Shown here one piece after another: positions 1-14,915 of a stretch of DNA of 64,000 nt. Position numbers and translations under genes: made by a program. How positions within the stretch are numbered: the first letter of the stretch is position 1; each line of letters opens with the position of its first letter. Under the pieces are notes generated by a model. The model made no database searches. It was not told the DNA's origin and was given only the letters and a program-made list of their open reading frames with translations. This stretch comes from Daphnia carinata (taxonomy: Eukaryota), in NCBI RefSeq assembly GCF_022539665.2, contig NC_081333.1:7130001-7194000 (forward strand). The letters run 5' to 3'.

Positions 1-1047
1 AGCTCCCGTGGCTAAACCTCTTCATGTCCAAAGATCGGATTAACTTCCCATGTTTTCCTTGTCGTCCCTTTTTTTTCTATATATATTTTCTTCTCTCTCC
101 TTTATTTTTTCAACACGCATTGGCTTCTTTTCTTTTTACTTCACGAAGGCAAAAGGAAAAAAAAAAATATATAGGGAACTGACAGTAGGGAACAAAGAGC
201 TATGGTGACTCGTGACTCGAGAAGATTGGGCGGGCGTGAATTCTTATCTCATCTAGCCAGTAATTCTCTGTTGCACGGCGTTTCATTGAATTAGATGGAA
301 CATATGGTGAGTCGTGCGTAAGGGTCACACACACACACACACACACACGCAGGGTTGGTGGTGGTAGTGTTAGCCGAAGCGTTCGTTTTCTCATTTCTTT
401 CTATCGGACGCGAAAAAAAAAAATAATAAATAATGACATTGCAATACATGTAGATCACGCCATGTGTTGGCATTTGGCGAGATGCTACGAGACTCGACTT
501 TGCCCAAAAACTAAGCAAAAAGATTTTTTTTTTCTTTTTCACTCTTCAGAATAAAAGAAAAACAAATGAAAAGAGACGTGAAATGAAATGTTCTTTTCAA
601 CATCCCTGGATTATTCTTTTTTAAAGGAGGAAAAAAAAAATGTGAAGTAACATTTCAGAGGAAAACGCATTGAGCGTGTGATAATAACGCGTTGGCAGGC
701 ACGTTATTATAGAAAAAAAAAATAAAAAGAGAGGCAAACATCATAATAACTAAGAAGGATATGGTAAGTACAATAGTCTCCTATCCTCCATTATTCCATA
801 TTCGAATGACTAGTATTCAAAGCCACGCCACATTGCAACATGATCGAGAGAGATAAGCGAATTCCGCACTCGTTTTCTGCGCTCACACGCATCCGAAAGA
901 CACCCATGGATTCGCAGTTGTAATGGAATTCAAGACAAACGATGACACGATATATCATTTCAATCAAGCCCTCGGCTGATTTACGTGTAGCCCCCCCCCC
1001 CTTCCCTCCACCCAAAAGAAAAATAATTTTAAAAAATCGCCACTTAC

Positions 1048-1373
1048 TTGCAGTAGAATAATCTTCCTTCTTGCGTCATGTGGGCCGTCCATCCGCACTT
1101 GAGTCGATTCTTGAACGGTTCCGTTTGTTCACCGGACGGACGGGTTGCAACATCGGCTTTGATGTCGTCGTTCTCCGGTTTAGCGGCAACGCTGGCTGCA
1201 ACATTTAAACTCACCGTTGGTGGACTCTCTTGGATGTCGGTCGCCTCTTCTTTGACGGCCGCGTCCTTCACTTCCGCCTCGGCCACGGGCGCCTCTTTTT
1301 CCGCCGCCGTCGTCGGCGCATCTTCGGTTGCCGGGCCGGCCCCGATTTGGCCGTACCACGGATTTAGAAACAT
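1048..1373 (-). CDS. First visible coding exon of a WW-domain protein (gene continues beyond the window start)
   Basis: ATG at 1373 (in-frame stop just upstream at 1412-1410). Encodes an Ala/Glu-rich linker, then LKCGWTAHMTQEGRLFYC, the N-terminal half of a WW domain. Ends at a perfect AA|GTAAGT donor at 1047. A polyT-GCAG acceptor near 1457-1480 implies upstream 5'UTR exon(s). The family cannot be fixed from half a WW domain. Confidence 0.8.
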
Positions 1374-1695
1374 TGACGATGGAGCTGCAGTTTCCCTTCG
1401 GGACACGAATTACTTAGCAGTAGAAGCAGCTTCGCGACGATGGCTCCCGTCTACAGCTGCATAATAAAAAAAAAAAAACGGAAACAATTAGTCATTTTTG
1501 CATGGCGCTTTCGTCAGTGTGACCACCGTCAGGTGGCAAAGATGGACAGACTAGAATTTGAACAATAGAAAACCGGAGGCATGCACTACTCGTCCAAGGC
1601 AGCCGTTACACACAACAAAAACAGCGGGCAAACCCAAGTCCGTGATGGCGACTGTTCCGCAACCGGAACTCTTTGACGTGAAATACATCATTTGC

Positions 1696-1728
<33 letters not shown>

Positions 1729-3759
1729 AACTTCCTTTTTGCTTTCTTCACCACGGACTGTTTTGAGTGAAGACGAGGTTTTTTTTTTTCTTTCTTGGCT
1801 TGGATGAACGGAGCCCTCCCGCCGCTGTGAGCTGGCAGATGGCCGCTCAATTCATGCGAACAAGGATCGTCTCTTTTACTCTTTCCATCCGAAAGCGGAC
1901 AGACACAACCCGGCAAACGCCCCAAAATTGATGACGCACACGACACAATGAGACATAACGTCTGTGGAGAAAGAAAAAGAAAAAGATGTGAAGATGCGAC
2001 ACGGGAATGATGACGGAGAATACAAAAGGAGGGCGAGAAAAACTAAGATCACGTCTTCGTCTTGTGAAAATCAAGTCTTGCTCACACAAATGGCGATCCA
2101 TTCTTTGCGAATGGAGAGTTCCCTACTACCGTGTGGTTAATGTTTTCACTGATCGAAGGAGGAAATTAAACTGGATCAATTCACCTCGCAAAAAAAAAAA
2201 GAAAACTAATTAAATCAAAGAAATAAATACAGGCTCGATTGATCTTCATTTATTGCCCCAGTTGCCGAGCATTCCATCGCTCGTTGCGCAATCGATGAGA
2301 TCCTTAAAAGCGGACATCTATTGCATCACAACATGTGAACGACTCGATCGCTAAAAGAAAAAAAAAGAGCCATGGAAATGGCTGGTTGCTTTTTATTGAT
2401 ATATATATATATATATATATTTATTTTTAATCTTTCTGTTTGTGGTGTAATGTATGTACATGCACACTATGTCTTCGCTGGCGTTCAACATCGTCTCCAT
2501 CATCTTATCTCGACCTTATTGGTTTCTTTCTATTGCTTATTGTGATGTCATTCGTTTCTGTGCACCCTTCGACCGCCATCTCTGAAGGAAGAAAGCAGCT
2601 CGTTTGCTGATGATTGATGATTAAAACATTCCAATCATCTCGCTCTCTCTCTCCGCAATAGAAGTAGAGATGCAATTCAACAGACACGCCTGATGGGGGG
2701 GGGGGGGGGTGTGCCAGCTTGTTTCTCAAGGAATAACAAGCTACTTCTCATAACGAAAAACAGAACAAGAAAAAAAAAAAGTACTGCAAAAAAAAAAATC
2801 GAGGAAGCAAAAAGAAAAAAAAAGAAAGGAATTGGAAAATATTCAAATGAGACGGGTAAAAAAAAAAAAACTGTTCGTTTCCACATGCTCCCGTTTGCGA
2901 TTCCATTTCTCGATTTATTTTTCCCTTTTTATTTATTCGATCACGAAAACGAAATTGAAGTTTCCGCTCATAGTTCTACTCTACGTAATTTTTTCTTTTT
3001 CTTTTCCATTTCAAATAGAGACGAGGAAACTAGGCGTCAACCAACGTCGCCGCAATATCAATGCGATTAAACCCCTGAATAGAAATCAAGCGAAGCATCA
3101 CAATTCCTAGGACGGGTTGTCGTTTTTCCTCCATTTTTTCTTTTTCCTTTTCAAAACAAAATGATTGAATGATTGACTGCACCTAACCAGAAAATGTTTG
3201 TATTCGTATACACCGCCCTTTTGCAGGTGATAAAAAACAACGATATCGGTTTACCGTTAAGCCCGTTCTATCACACTTGTCAGACCGCGATCAAATTTTT
3301 TTCTATTATTTACGGCACATCAAGACACACAAACACACCAAATACATCGGTCGATTCCGGCCAATGGCAACGCCCTCCGATGCTTCGTGGCCTTTTCGCA
3401 AAAGAAAAACGAAAAGAGCCACACCACCTTAACGCAAAATCGAATAAAATGGAGACACAATAAATTTGACTTCATTTGGTATGCACATTTTTTTTTTTTT
3501 TTTTAAGTTTATACCATGAGCAGATAACGACAGCCCAGGAGGAGATGTCGCGTCCACGATCGAGCGTGAAACAAACTGAACGCACGTAGGAATAAAAGTT
3601 CAGCAATATCTTGTAAGGCCTCACGCCCCTTGTCTTTCGTGATGGCACATGTGTGTCGACGTGAACCACTCCATCCCTAGTACCCCGTCTAAACAAAATA
3701 GTTTGTTGTCTCGCAACTTCTGCTAGTCGATTTCTTTCGAGGGCTCTTTATTTAAAGGT

Positions 3760-3794
<35 letters not shown>

Positions 3795-3861
3795 ATGTAT
3801 GCACGTTGTCTTTCTCGTCTGGATCTCTTTCAGTCAAACACTCGCGCACTTGTACACGTTC

Positions 3862-3896
<35 letters not shown>

Positions 3897-6800
3897 TTTA
3901 TATAAAAATAAATTCTTATAGAAAATAACTCTATGGCTCTTTTCTCGGCTGACTGCCGCTGCTGTGCGTCGGTTAAGGATAGCGTCTCTCAAATACAGTC
4001 GATATAAAATTAGATTCTAAGCCTTCATTTTTCTTTTTTCTATTTAGCCGGAAGCTTTTTCCAACACGTAGAGAAATGAGATAGACAGTGATTATACAGT
4101 ATAATGGTATACTATATATTCCTGTGTGTACATATGGTATATGTTCTGTTTGAGGAATACGAAACGAGAGGGACGGCCGCTCACGAATAGATCCACTTTT
4201 GAAATTGAAAAAGCCGGCGGCTGAATGAACGCCATCGTTCCTCTATTTTTTGTTCCCACCACAGGTGGACGATGGATGCATGAACAACACCTGATGGTAT
4301 ACACACACACACACACACACAGAAAAAGAAGCTCGTCACGCTTAAATTTTTTTTGACCGAAAAGATAAGAAAAAAAAAGGGGGGGGGGGGGAGAGTTAGA
4401 CGTTCTCGCTCAATTCGACTTGAAAAGAACGTCGTCGGAATCGCCAGCCGTGGCTGATATTCCAGGCTATTCGACCATAGACCACGTCGACCAAAAAGAG
4501 AAAAGAAACACCCCCTAAAGGTCTACGTTATTTCTTTTCTTTTTTTTTGTATATGTGTGTTAACCAACAAGAAAAGAACCGGAATATAAAAAAAAAAAAA
4601 AAGAAAAAGAAAAGGGTAGGCATCAAAACGGATGACGAAGCTTCGACCTTGACGACACACACGACAGCACGCAGCAAGAAAAAATTAAATGCTTAAGATT
4701 TGTGGTCTTAACGTAACTAGCGGAGCATTGTTTTCTTTCGATGGGTCTTCCTACCGACGCTGAGCCAAGTCGAGAAATCCAACGAGTCAGGTACAAACGG
4801 AGCGCTGCGAAATCGTCCAAGCAAAAACTGGTACACAAAATTATATTTCTTTTCTTTTTTTTTGTTTTGCTTTGTTTGTTTGTTAAGCCTTTGGCCGCAC
4901 ATTAAGCGCTTTAGTACCAGGCACTCGACAAGGGAAACCGGATAAACAAATGTCGCCTTCGACACTGCTCCGCCGCATAGATGGCGGAATGTTATATGAT
5001 AAGAGGAGCGGCCCTAAAACAGCGACGTGCTACAGTTCAAGAAGGCATGCGCGCACCTACGTGCTGATGCGCGTTCGCCACCCCGTTCGTCCCCAGACGT
5101 ATTATAGGCCTATTTTACTCTCGTTCTAGAAGTCCTGCAAAAACAAGGAAGAATAAATAAAAAAAAAAAAAAAAAAGGCGGGGAGATAAAGGCTTGTTAT
5201 TCCCGGATGATTCCAATCTCCTCCCAAAAGGGCAAAACTAAAGATTTTTCAACACCAAAAAGCACTGCTTCTGGTGAAGAAAAAAAAAAAAAAAGCCAGG
5301 CCGAAAAAACCGAAACCGAATGACGTGGCAGCAGGTGTCGCATTTGCATCGTTATTCTTTTTTTCTTTTTTTTTTCTGTTTAAAACCACGGCCAAGTATG
5401 ATGAGAACAATGCTATTTCATTGGCTCTCGACTATTGTAAATCGGCAACGTTTATTCGCGAAAGAACTACATTCATTGATTTCCTATTTTTTTCCCTCCC
5501 TTAGCCATCCAAATACATTCATTTCGAACAACATAGTTGTCGCGATACTAACAGCAGTGATGACGATGATGACATTCCATACACGCGTGTTGACGGCGTC
5601 GTTTTTTTTCTTTCTCATTCTCATTGCGTTCGAAAATTCTCGTGAAACCAGTTAAAGGAAATCCATCAGAGACGCACACAAAAAGGCATACACTAATCAC
5701 GCGTTCTGTCACGATTTTATGAATACGCCCAACGTACTATGTGCTTCCATAAAAGAGATACAAAAAGAAAAAAAAAAAGCTTTGAACGATCAAAAGGGTA
5801 ACAGCTGTGCAGCGTGATGGTCGCATACATTGCAGCGGGCCCTTATCAAATTTGGCCGCAGCAGACTGGTATTGAGCCGGCCATTCTCTCACTCGGCGGC
5901 CACAACGTTGGCTAAGACATTAAACGGGACAAATCAAGAGACACACGACGTCAATGTAAAGCTTTTTTCTTTTTCTTTTTTTTTTTTTTTCGTTGAGTCG
6001 TTTGACCGCTACTCACTTCTTTTCTTGTTAAATATTTTAGCGATCGATAGACTTTGAAACACGATAGAAGTGTCGTCTAGTAACACCGCCGAGATTGCGA
6101 GCGTGAAAATGGGAGGCTGTTGGATAACCAACGCGTAAAGGGGAACGATAAAACAGCTTACTTAAAAACTTTAATGCCAATCCAATTTTTCTTAAGAAAA
6201 ACAAAACATATGGTTTTAAGCAGTTTCGCTGGAATTGGGTGCGAAGGGTACGAGTTCACAGAGAAGCTTGCTGTCTAAGTTGGGATTTTTTTTTTACACC
6301 TCTTGCATGACAATAATTTGTTTACTCTATGCTTTAAAGTTGATACTGGATGCGAGAGTATATCGGAAAGCCAAACGTAAAAGCCCAGCGAAGGAATGGC
6401 ACGTAGTCGATCGGCTTAAAAGTGCAAGTTGGCTGCACTTTTGAAACGTTTTCTTCGCCGATTTTCTCTCTTAAAGATGTAATTGACACGAACGGGTTGT
6501 CTCTAAAGCTCCTGCGAAGATGTTGAGAGAAATGAAAAACGCACACCAAACTTCAAAGGGCAGGTATAATGCTTGCAAATACGTTGATCCTGGCAAAAAG
6601 GATAACAACAAAATACGAGTCCACCAACTTGTAGTTTTTGCCATTTAGAACGTCCTGTCCCTAAATAATTAACTGGAATTTTTAGTGGAATCGTACGGTA
6701 AAAAATAGTTTGGCATTCACGACTCGCAACGCAAGCCGTTGAAAAGAAGCAACGAAGACTTTCCAACGAGCAAATAAACCGTTGGCCAATAACAAATGTC

Positions 6801-7169
6801 AAAGGGGGAGAAAAGAGTCTACACAAACAAACTGAATCACTGTAGTTAAATGCATTTACACACAAAAAAAATATATATATATAAGCCACCCTTTCTACAC
6901 ACTGAAAAAGAAGAATAAGAGAACTTGATTTCCGTTTTTCTACCCTTATTTTTTTTTTTTCCCGAAAAATTCTACTTCGTTTCGGACGTTACAATACGAC
7001 AGAACCTAGGAAGGACAAACCGCCATCATCGTTTTTCGCCTCGCAATCGAATTAGAAAACACGCAACGCATAACAATAGATTATTCTTCCATCTGTACGT
7101 TCAACTGCATCGGTTCCGCAGTTCTAACTGATAGCGGATCTTATACATCGAACATCCCCGTTGAAAAAA

Positions 7170-7240
7170 AATAAATAAATAAATAAAATAAAATAAAATA
7201 AAATAATATAAAATAAAAAATAAATAAAAAATAAATAAAT
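7170..7240. repeat. (AAAT)n/(AAAAT)n microsatellite
   Basis: Tandem aaat/aaaat units seen directly. Confidence 0.85.
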
Positions 7241-10200
7241 CTACCCAAAATCCAATACAACCGAACGCAAAGTTCACCCTTTTTTCCAATTGTGTCGGCA
7301 AAGCGTCGAAACTATTGCCATCAAGAGTCGCTACAGTCATCAAAGAGAGATTGCCAACGATAAAATAAGGGGAAAACTATTCGATCCTCCCCCCCCCCTC
7401 CTTGACGTATTTATACATGCTCGCTGTCGTCAACATACAGGCACTTGGGCACGCGATCACAAGTCTATTAAGCGTCCGATTCGTCTGCGTTATGTCTACC
7501 GTTTGGATATCGATCGTTCCAACTACGTACAAGGGAGTTATTATAACGAGCTCGTGAGGTCCCGAAGAACGTACCAATCACCCCCACTGAAAGGAAAACG
7601 CATAGAGACGCGCCACGTTTCGTAAGTCGAGGGAATAAAGAAAAAAAAAAACAAAAAAACGAATGGGTTTTCATTGCGGCTCGTCACGACATATCGCTGA
7701 GCAAGTCGATACAGAATGACGATATGAAAAAAAAAAGAAGAAACCTACCAACGAAGGAATCTTGCAATGCAGTCCAAAAAAAAACAAAAAAACAACAGCA
7801 TTTATCGAGTGTTATTTTATGTTTGTTTGCTGCCCCCCCCCTTCTCCCTTGCGTCCCGCAACTGGAACAATAGAAACTCTGGGCTAACTGATCCGGCTAA
7901 GAAATTCTGAGCTTTCAAACGTATCAATTGTACGTTAAATGAAGCTCCGGTTTTGGACGAGTCCAGTTGGAAGCGGTTGCAAAACGCGCACAAGAGAGAA
8001 ACAGCTGAAGCGACATTTATTTTCGGGGTTTGATGCCAGAGTGAGCACACGCGTTTTCACGGCACCAAAAAGGGTAGCAGCCGTGTGAGAGATTGCCTGA
8101 TGACGACAACAATACGACAGAGCATCAGGTTGAGGCCAGCGACGGGCAACAGCCGCGCTGCAATTGTGCACTGTCAACTGTTCCAGACGGCTATTTTCTC
8201 ATCGTTTAAAGGGACGGATAGAGTACGTAACAGCAGGTCCGTAAAAAATAGAGGGACCTCGATAGGATTATGCACTAAAAAGAAAAATCCGTAAAATGTT
8301 TTTTTTTTTTTTTTTTTTTTTCTTCTCTTTTTTTAAGTTACAGAAACAACCGACAGGGAAATAAAAGACCGCTTTTAATAGTCATCGCGTTTCATAAAAC
8401 CTACACGCATTCATCGCGCCATCAAACAGTCAAAAAAAAAAAGAAAATGCAAAATAAGCTTTAGCGCACGGTGCGCAGTAAGAAAACAAGAAGAAAAATC
8501 TCTTCGCCTTTTTAATGTCGAGCTTTCAAATCGAAAAGCGGATCGCGGATTTCAGAACGATGGACGTAGATGAAAGTCGCAGATTTTTCTTTTTAAATCG
8601 TCTTTTGTTTTCAAATGTTAATCTCTTAATTTTGGGAGGCAGAGCTTCTTTTTTCTTTTTATGACGGATGACGTTGACGTGTCGTACGGTATGTGCCCGA
8701 CATTGGAGAACAACATATGTCATTTCCGGCAATGAAAAAAAAAAAAAACGGACTGTGTTTTGCTTGATAAAACGGGCAAGGAGACGAAGAAGCAGATAAA
8801 ACGGGAATATATCATTCCATTCCGCACCAAAAACCGTGGAACAATACGACGAGGCCCGTTGTTTTTCCTTTAAAAAACAAAAAGACCCTTGCCTGGTTAT
8901 TATCAGCGTGCCATCTTTAAAAGATCTTTCATTTTCAAGTCCTTAAAAATAGGAAAATCAACGTACGACTGAACTAAATGTCAGCCGACATGAATTGTAA
9001 CGAGGAAACAGGGACACTGGAATGCTGATGTCATCCTGTCTGCAACAACTGCACCAAGACGGCAACATTTTGTGAATCATTATGGCATGTAAAAATGCCG
9101 CTTTTGTTTGAACATCTTTGCTCATCTGCGATGTCGCGACAATAACAACGGGAGATGCGATGGAACCATCAACAACATAACGTGCTGACTCGACGTCCTT
9201 TTTCTTTTGCGTACACGAGCTACTCGTTTTGAGTGAAGAGTTAAAAAAAAAAAAATAAAATGAGAATTTTAGATGTGCTGCTTTTAAAACACAACGAAAG
9301 AATTCGTTTGTGATAAACGGCTCGTCCGGCTGTCGTTTTCAAAAACCGAATCCTAAAAGTTATTCCCTTCTTTTTATTTATTTATTTTTGTATCTCCACT
9401 AGTCGTGGCCAAACTGATCCGATTGACGCCTTCACTTGACGCTTATAACGGGCACGACGTCAATAGTATGTGCCTATAGAAGACAACCGTTTTACACGTA
9501 GATATCGAGCAGTTGTGTAGAGAACCGGATGGCTGACATTCTCCGGCAATGTCCTTCCAGCCATCAATAAAAAAAAAAAAAGGGATTGGGGCCTGGCAAA
9601 AATAAATGAAGACCTGATGAGAATCAGCTTAGTCCTATTCTCTTATTTATTCGCTGCCATTTTTCTAACATATTTTTTTTTCACCCCTGTCTAGACGATC
9701 GATGGTCGTATTTGCGTTTGGCCACAAAAAAAAAAGTGATTACTTGGCTACACGAGGCATACATTCTAAATCCCCGCAGGTTGCCTACCAACTGTGCTTT
9801 AGATACCGCAGGTACATACACAGTCGTTTTCAGCTAATAAAAAAAACAAACAAAAAAAAAACATATTCACGAACGACAAGTGAAGCGTCGGCAAAGAGAC
9901 AGTCGGATGCATGTCGGTTTATTTATTTGTGTTTTGATTGTTCTTCAGCACGTGATGCGGAAATTGCTAGGTGGCATTGTGTGCTCGGCTTGGGGTTTGA
10001 ACAAATACGATTGTCTTGTTTGGTTTGGACAAACGAAGAAATAAAAAAAATAATAATAATAATAACGGATCGCCGTTGGAGGTTAAAGTGGAGCGCACAA
10101 TAAAGAAAAGCCACAAAAGAAAAACGTTGTCAAATATTGAAATGGAACGAGTACCATAACAATCGTTGGCAACGTTTCAATGGGGAAAAAAAAAATGGCC

Positions 10201-10358
10201 AAACAAAAGAAAACGTAAGAAATCTATGTCAAACATTGGCAAACAATGTTATGTATACATAGAGATATGGTCTGGCGATTCCATCACTAGCAAATCTATT
10301 TGGCTCGTCTACAGCACACGGCCAAAAAAAAAAGAAGAAGAAAACAACACGCGAACTC

Positions 10359-10392
<34 letters not shown>

Positions 10393-11379
10393 TATGCGAT
10401 TGGAACGACATAAAAAAAAAAATAAATAAGAAAACGCTGGGTGCTGATTTGATGGTCTTTTCGCCAAATATTTTCGCCCATCGCGCAAAATCGATAAAGT
10501 CCACATCGAACGGGGTTTATATCGAGCGGAAGACACAAGAGAAAGTTAAAAAAGAGAGGCAACGTTTCAACTAATGTTCATTCGATATAGACAGTAAAGC
10601 TCGTTGAATCGCATTTGAAAGAGCGCAGACACAATCAGGAAAAAAAAAAAAAAGAGAAAGGAAAAATCCGAAAGATCAAAGTCCGCCATCCACTTTCCCC
10701 CCTCCGCGGTGATTTCGTGATTGTGAGACGAACTCCACACACCGCAAAAAAAAAAAAAAAAAAACGCAAACCCACTTGGCGATGGTAACGCCTCACGTCA
10801 TTGATGATGATCTGCTGTGAAGCCACGCACGTGAGCAACCAGTCGAACACACCCGAGCTGTTGGCCATCACAACAAAAGAAAAAGGGGAGAGGTGGATCG
10901 TATGTGTCGCAGTTGATTTCCGAAATGCCACAGGAAATGTCAAAAGTAATTGAAGCCACCGTTCTTCTTCATATACCAATACCCCCCCCCCCCCCCCCCC
11001 TTCTGACTGTTCGAGATTCCATATCAGCTGGCCTACACACACACACACACACACACGGGGCATACGAAAGAAGTTTTCATCTCGACTTCCGTAAAACGCC
11101 ACAGAGATTCGCCCTTGTCCATTTCTAGTGACCCAAAAGTTGCCTAAGTTTCCGACCTACACATCCGTTTATTATACAAGCAATAGCGAGCAGAGGGCCA
11201 GCTGTTTCTGATGGCGGAGCGTCTCTTCTGGTATAAGAGAGCCGCCACATAGGACAGTATTGATTACATTCACCCATTTCCTTCACCGTCATTCTATCGA
11301 GTTTGCCCCATATGACGGGGGGAGCGCGCGTGTGTGTGTGTGTGTGTGTCTGCTTCTGAATCCAAGTTTTATCCTCCCG

Positions 11380-11380
<1 letters not shown>

Positions 11381-11412
<32 letters not shown>
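11381..11412. repeat. Long poly-G tract (another at about 12161-12187)
   Basis: About 30 consecutive G seen directly. Confidence 0.9.
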
Positions 11413-11415
<3 letters not shown>

Positions 11416-14400
11416 CACGCACAGAATATACATTTTCTTTTAAAAATGGGAAACAAAAGAAGTTCGCTACTAGAAAGCAATACCTTGGGAAAACAGAATA
11501 TCAAGTGAGTTGTGCCTGTGTGTATGGATATATATATATATATATAAAAGAGGCCTGAAATCACATAGTTCAATTTTAGCCATTTTCTTTTTCGTTTTCT
11601 TTTTTTTTTTTTTGCTTTTCGTTGTGGAAAGAAAAAAGAGAAATGTCGCTGCCGATTCGATTAGAAACTCCGTGCAGGTTGAAAACAGTGTTCTAATAAA
11701 GTTTCGTCGATGGGGTTCGCTGTGGCGACACGAGCGCGCGTTTTTTTTTTTTAGATTCAAATTGAAATTCACTTTGCCCTCACCCTCATCTGCGAGCAAA
11801 CAAGTTGGAGGGTTCCCATAACATCTGAACGACCTCACCCTCGTCCACGGCGATATTGGTAGAATTGCAGAGATGTAGGGCTCGTCGTATAATATATACG
11901 GGAGCAATTGCAAAATGTCAAGACTCTCTTTTTGTATTGTGCGCAGTCGAACGACGCCCACCACCGGGCGTCCCTTATGGAACGGACAGAAACGACGTAG
12001 ACGTGGCAACGAATAACAAAACGAAAAAAAAAAAAGATCATTTCTATCAAAATTCAAAAACCCCCCAAAGAATAAAAAAAAAAACCTGTAATAGAAAAGA
12101 ATCTGTAATACAAGAGGGATTACAACTAAAACCCTGGCAAAAAAAAAAAAAAAAAAAAAAGGGGGGGGGGGGGGGGGGGGGGGGGGGCGGGGGTAAATTG
12201 CTTTCTGTATTACTCACCTTGATTTATTGTTTAGGCGATTACGATGTTCAATGGAACTGCACTAAACAACAGCGCACGGGATATGAGTATTTACCTGCAC
12301 GATGACAACGACAAGTGCTGCCTGAAATGAGGAAAGTAGGCGTAATCACCAGAGGCAAGCGTGGACAACATTCGAAGCTTTTGAGTGGGATATAAAAAAA
12401 CAAAACAAACGAGGATCTATTCCTTTTGTGCGTATTATATATATATAAAGAAATATACTTCTTCGCAAGGGGGGGGGGATATGTTTTGTTTTTTTGTGTG
12501 TTTCCTTCAAAAAGAGACAACAAGATCGATAGTCTACTAAAAAATATATATATAAAACGATGCAAGAAAACAAAAGGCAGTCAGATACAAAACAAAGGAA
12601 AAGTTTTTCGTCCCTCTATTTCAAACAGTTAAGCGAGGCGCAATCCTATCCGTGGGATTTGAGCAACCTGCTTCGAAGCGAGACAGTTTGAAACGTTTCG
12701 GTTCCTGCACGGTTTCACCATTGCCGATAGTAAAATAAATGGACTTGCTTGCGGGCGTGGATGAAAAAAAAAAAAAAAAAAAAGAAAAAGAAAAAGGCGA
12801 TCGTGATATTGCAAAGCCGATGGAACAGGGAGAGAGAGAGAGAGAGAGAGAACGATGGATATATTGAGGATGGCTATAGACCCACAATCTGGAGCGAGAT
12901 GCTTTCCCTATGTAGATACGCCCCAAGAAAAAGAGTGGCAAGTATTGTAAAAGAAAAAAGAAAAAATATCGCAGTTAGCTATTTCATTGTGTCTCCAAAA
13001 CGAATCGATTCGATCTCTTGAAAAACAAAACAAAAATGTCTGCTCGTAAGATGGTCTTTTTGTCTACTAGATATCGTACACTCGACAGGCTACATGCCAG
13101 ATTTTCTTAGTCAAAAGTTTCTAAACCCGCCAGACAATTGCCAAGTTTGCAGACGCTGTTTAAAAAAAATAAAATAAAAGAAGTTGATGAATTAACGCGA
13201 TTCAATGGGGGGAGGGATACATTTAAAATTCGCTATTCTCTTCAAGCACTTGGCGAAACGATAGGACAAACTTCGTGCCTAGTTAACGATTAGATTTCTA
13301 GAACACAAGACTGTCCCCTCTCTAATTTTTTTTTGTGGCCCATTTCAGCAATGCCTCTCGCTGATTGGCTGTAGCGTTCCAATAAATACGTGAGTGTTAT
13401 GAAAAGAAGCCAATCCGTTTGGATAAAACAAAAAAAAAAAAAAAAGAATTAGAATTCGAGTATCATATCTATTTCTGGCCTATGTATTTCTAGTTTGATT
13501 GTAGACATCCATAATGCATGAACGATCGGTACTGCACAACCTACGAGCCTCGAAAAAAAAAAAAAAAGACCAAATGAATAAATCAATAAAAAAAGAATCT
13601 TATAGGAAGGACGGGGTAAAGGGAGGGAGGGGTATCGGAAATCTGTCCAGCCGGTAAACAGGGTAGGGAAAAAAAAAGCAGACACGGTCGCCTTGGGAAC
13701 TCTTGTGGCGCATTGGTTTTGATTGGTTCTCGAACTGTTTAATTGGTTTTGCCACGAGTTCAACGGCATCGCTAAAAAAAAAAAAAAAAAAAAAACTTCA
13801 CGGTCGATTGAACGGAGGTACGTGGTGGAGCGGATGAGCGGTCGGGCGGAGCAGAGAGTTGGGTAGGGAAAGAGAAAAAAAAAAAATAAAAAGCTATTAA
13901 AATGATACGATAAATAACCGGCAATTACCAAGCGCAAAAAAAAAAGGCAGTTGGATTTTTTTTTTTTTTTTCATTCCTCCTGATCGTAATTAACTCTACC
14001 ACTCCCCCCCCCCCCCCCCACGCCCCTCTATCTTCTCTCGGTAAAACATAAAAATGTGACACGGGGAAAAACGTAGAATTTTTTTTAAGCCCGATTTTTT
14101 TCTGTGACAAGGACACGACGGCGACGATGTCGAGAAAATTAATAGACGTCGTTATTCATCTGTCTTTAGAAAATTAAAAAAAAAAAAAAAAGAAGCGCTA
14201 AAATAACAGCAGGCAAATAGACAAGAGGCTGCGACAGCCAACAAGTCGACATATGCGCTAGAGAAGAACTAAGGAGATCTCCTTCCAGCCCGTCGGCGAG
14301 GATTTCTCCATTCATCAAAAACAACAACAACATCAACAACAGCAACAACAAAAAAAAAAAATGCAAGATGAACAGAAAGGAAAAGGTTTCCATAATCACA

Positions 14401-14708
14401 CCTGCCATACGAAATCAAAAAGGGCCCTGCTGGAGGTGCTGGTCACCAACACGCGTGTGACTCTCTCTCTACTTCCTTATATAGTTACGTGGATTTTTAA
14501 ACCCTCCCCCCCCCCCGTTTTTTTTTGTGTGTGTGTGTGTGTATGTTGGCTTTGCACGTACACGAGGCCGAGAATGTCGGATTGATTGCGGAACCAGCGC
14601 ATGGAGTCGTGCGGTGCAAAACTAGTCGAGCGCGTCGCAAAGTCTCCAAATACCTTAAACTGGTATAGCGTCGATGGAAGCAAAGTCATTGAAGTAACGA
14701 CGTACACA

Positions 14709-14711
<3 letters not shown>

Positions 14712-14768
<57 letters not shown>
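14712..14768. repeat. (CA)n microsatellite
   Basis: About 28 perfect CA units. Confidence 0.95.
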
Positions 14769-14770
<2 letters not shown>

Positions 14771-14878
14771 AGCGGAGTTGGGCTCACCGCTTGACTGCTG
14801 ATGAGCGCCACCCACCCTTGCACGACTCCCTATCCTGGAAGAAAAAAAAAAAACAGCCAGGGCTCAAAAGATTCAAGG

Positions 14879-14915
<37 letters not shown>

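Noticed and set aside
1078..1464. 128-aa plus-strand ORF
   Set aside because: Antisense shadow of the WW-domain exon.
9528..9565. Hairpin GATGGCTG-ACATT...AATGT-...CAGCCATC (similar small hairpin at about 16340-16373)
   Set aside because: Too short for a pre-miRNA and expected by chance in 64 kb.
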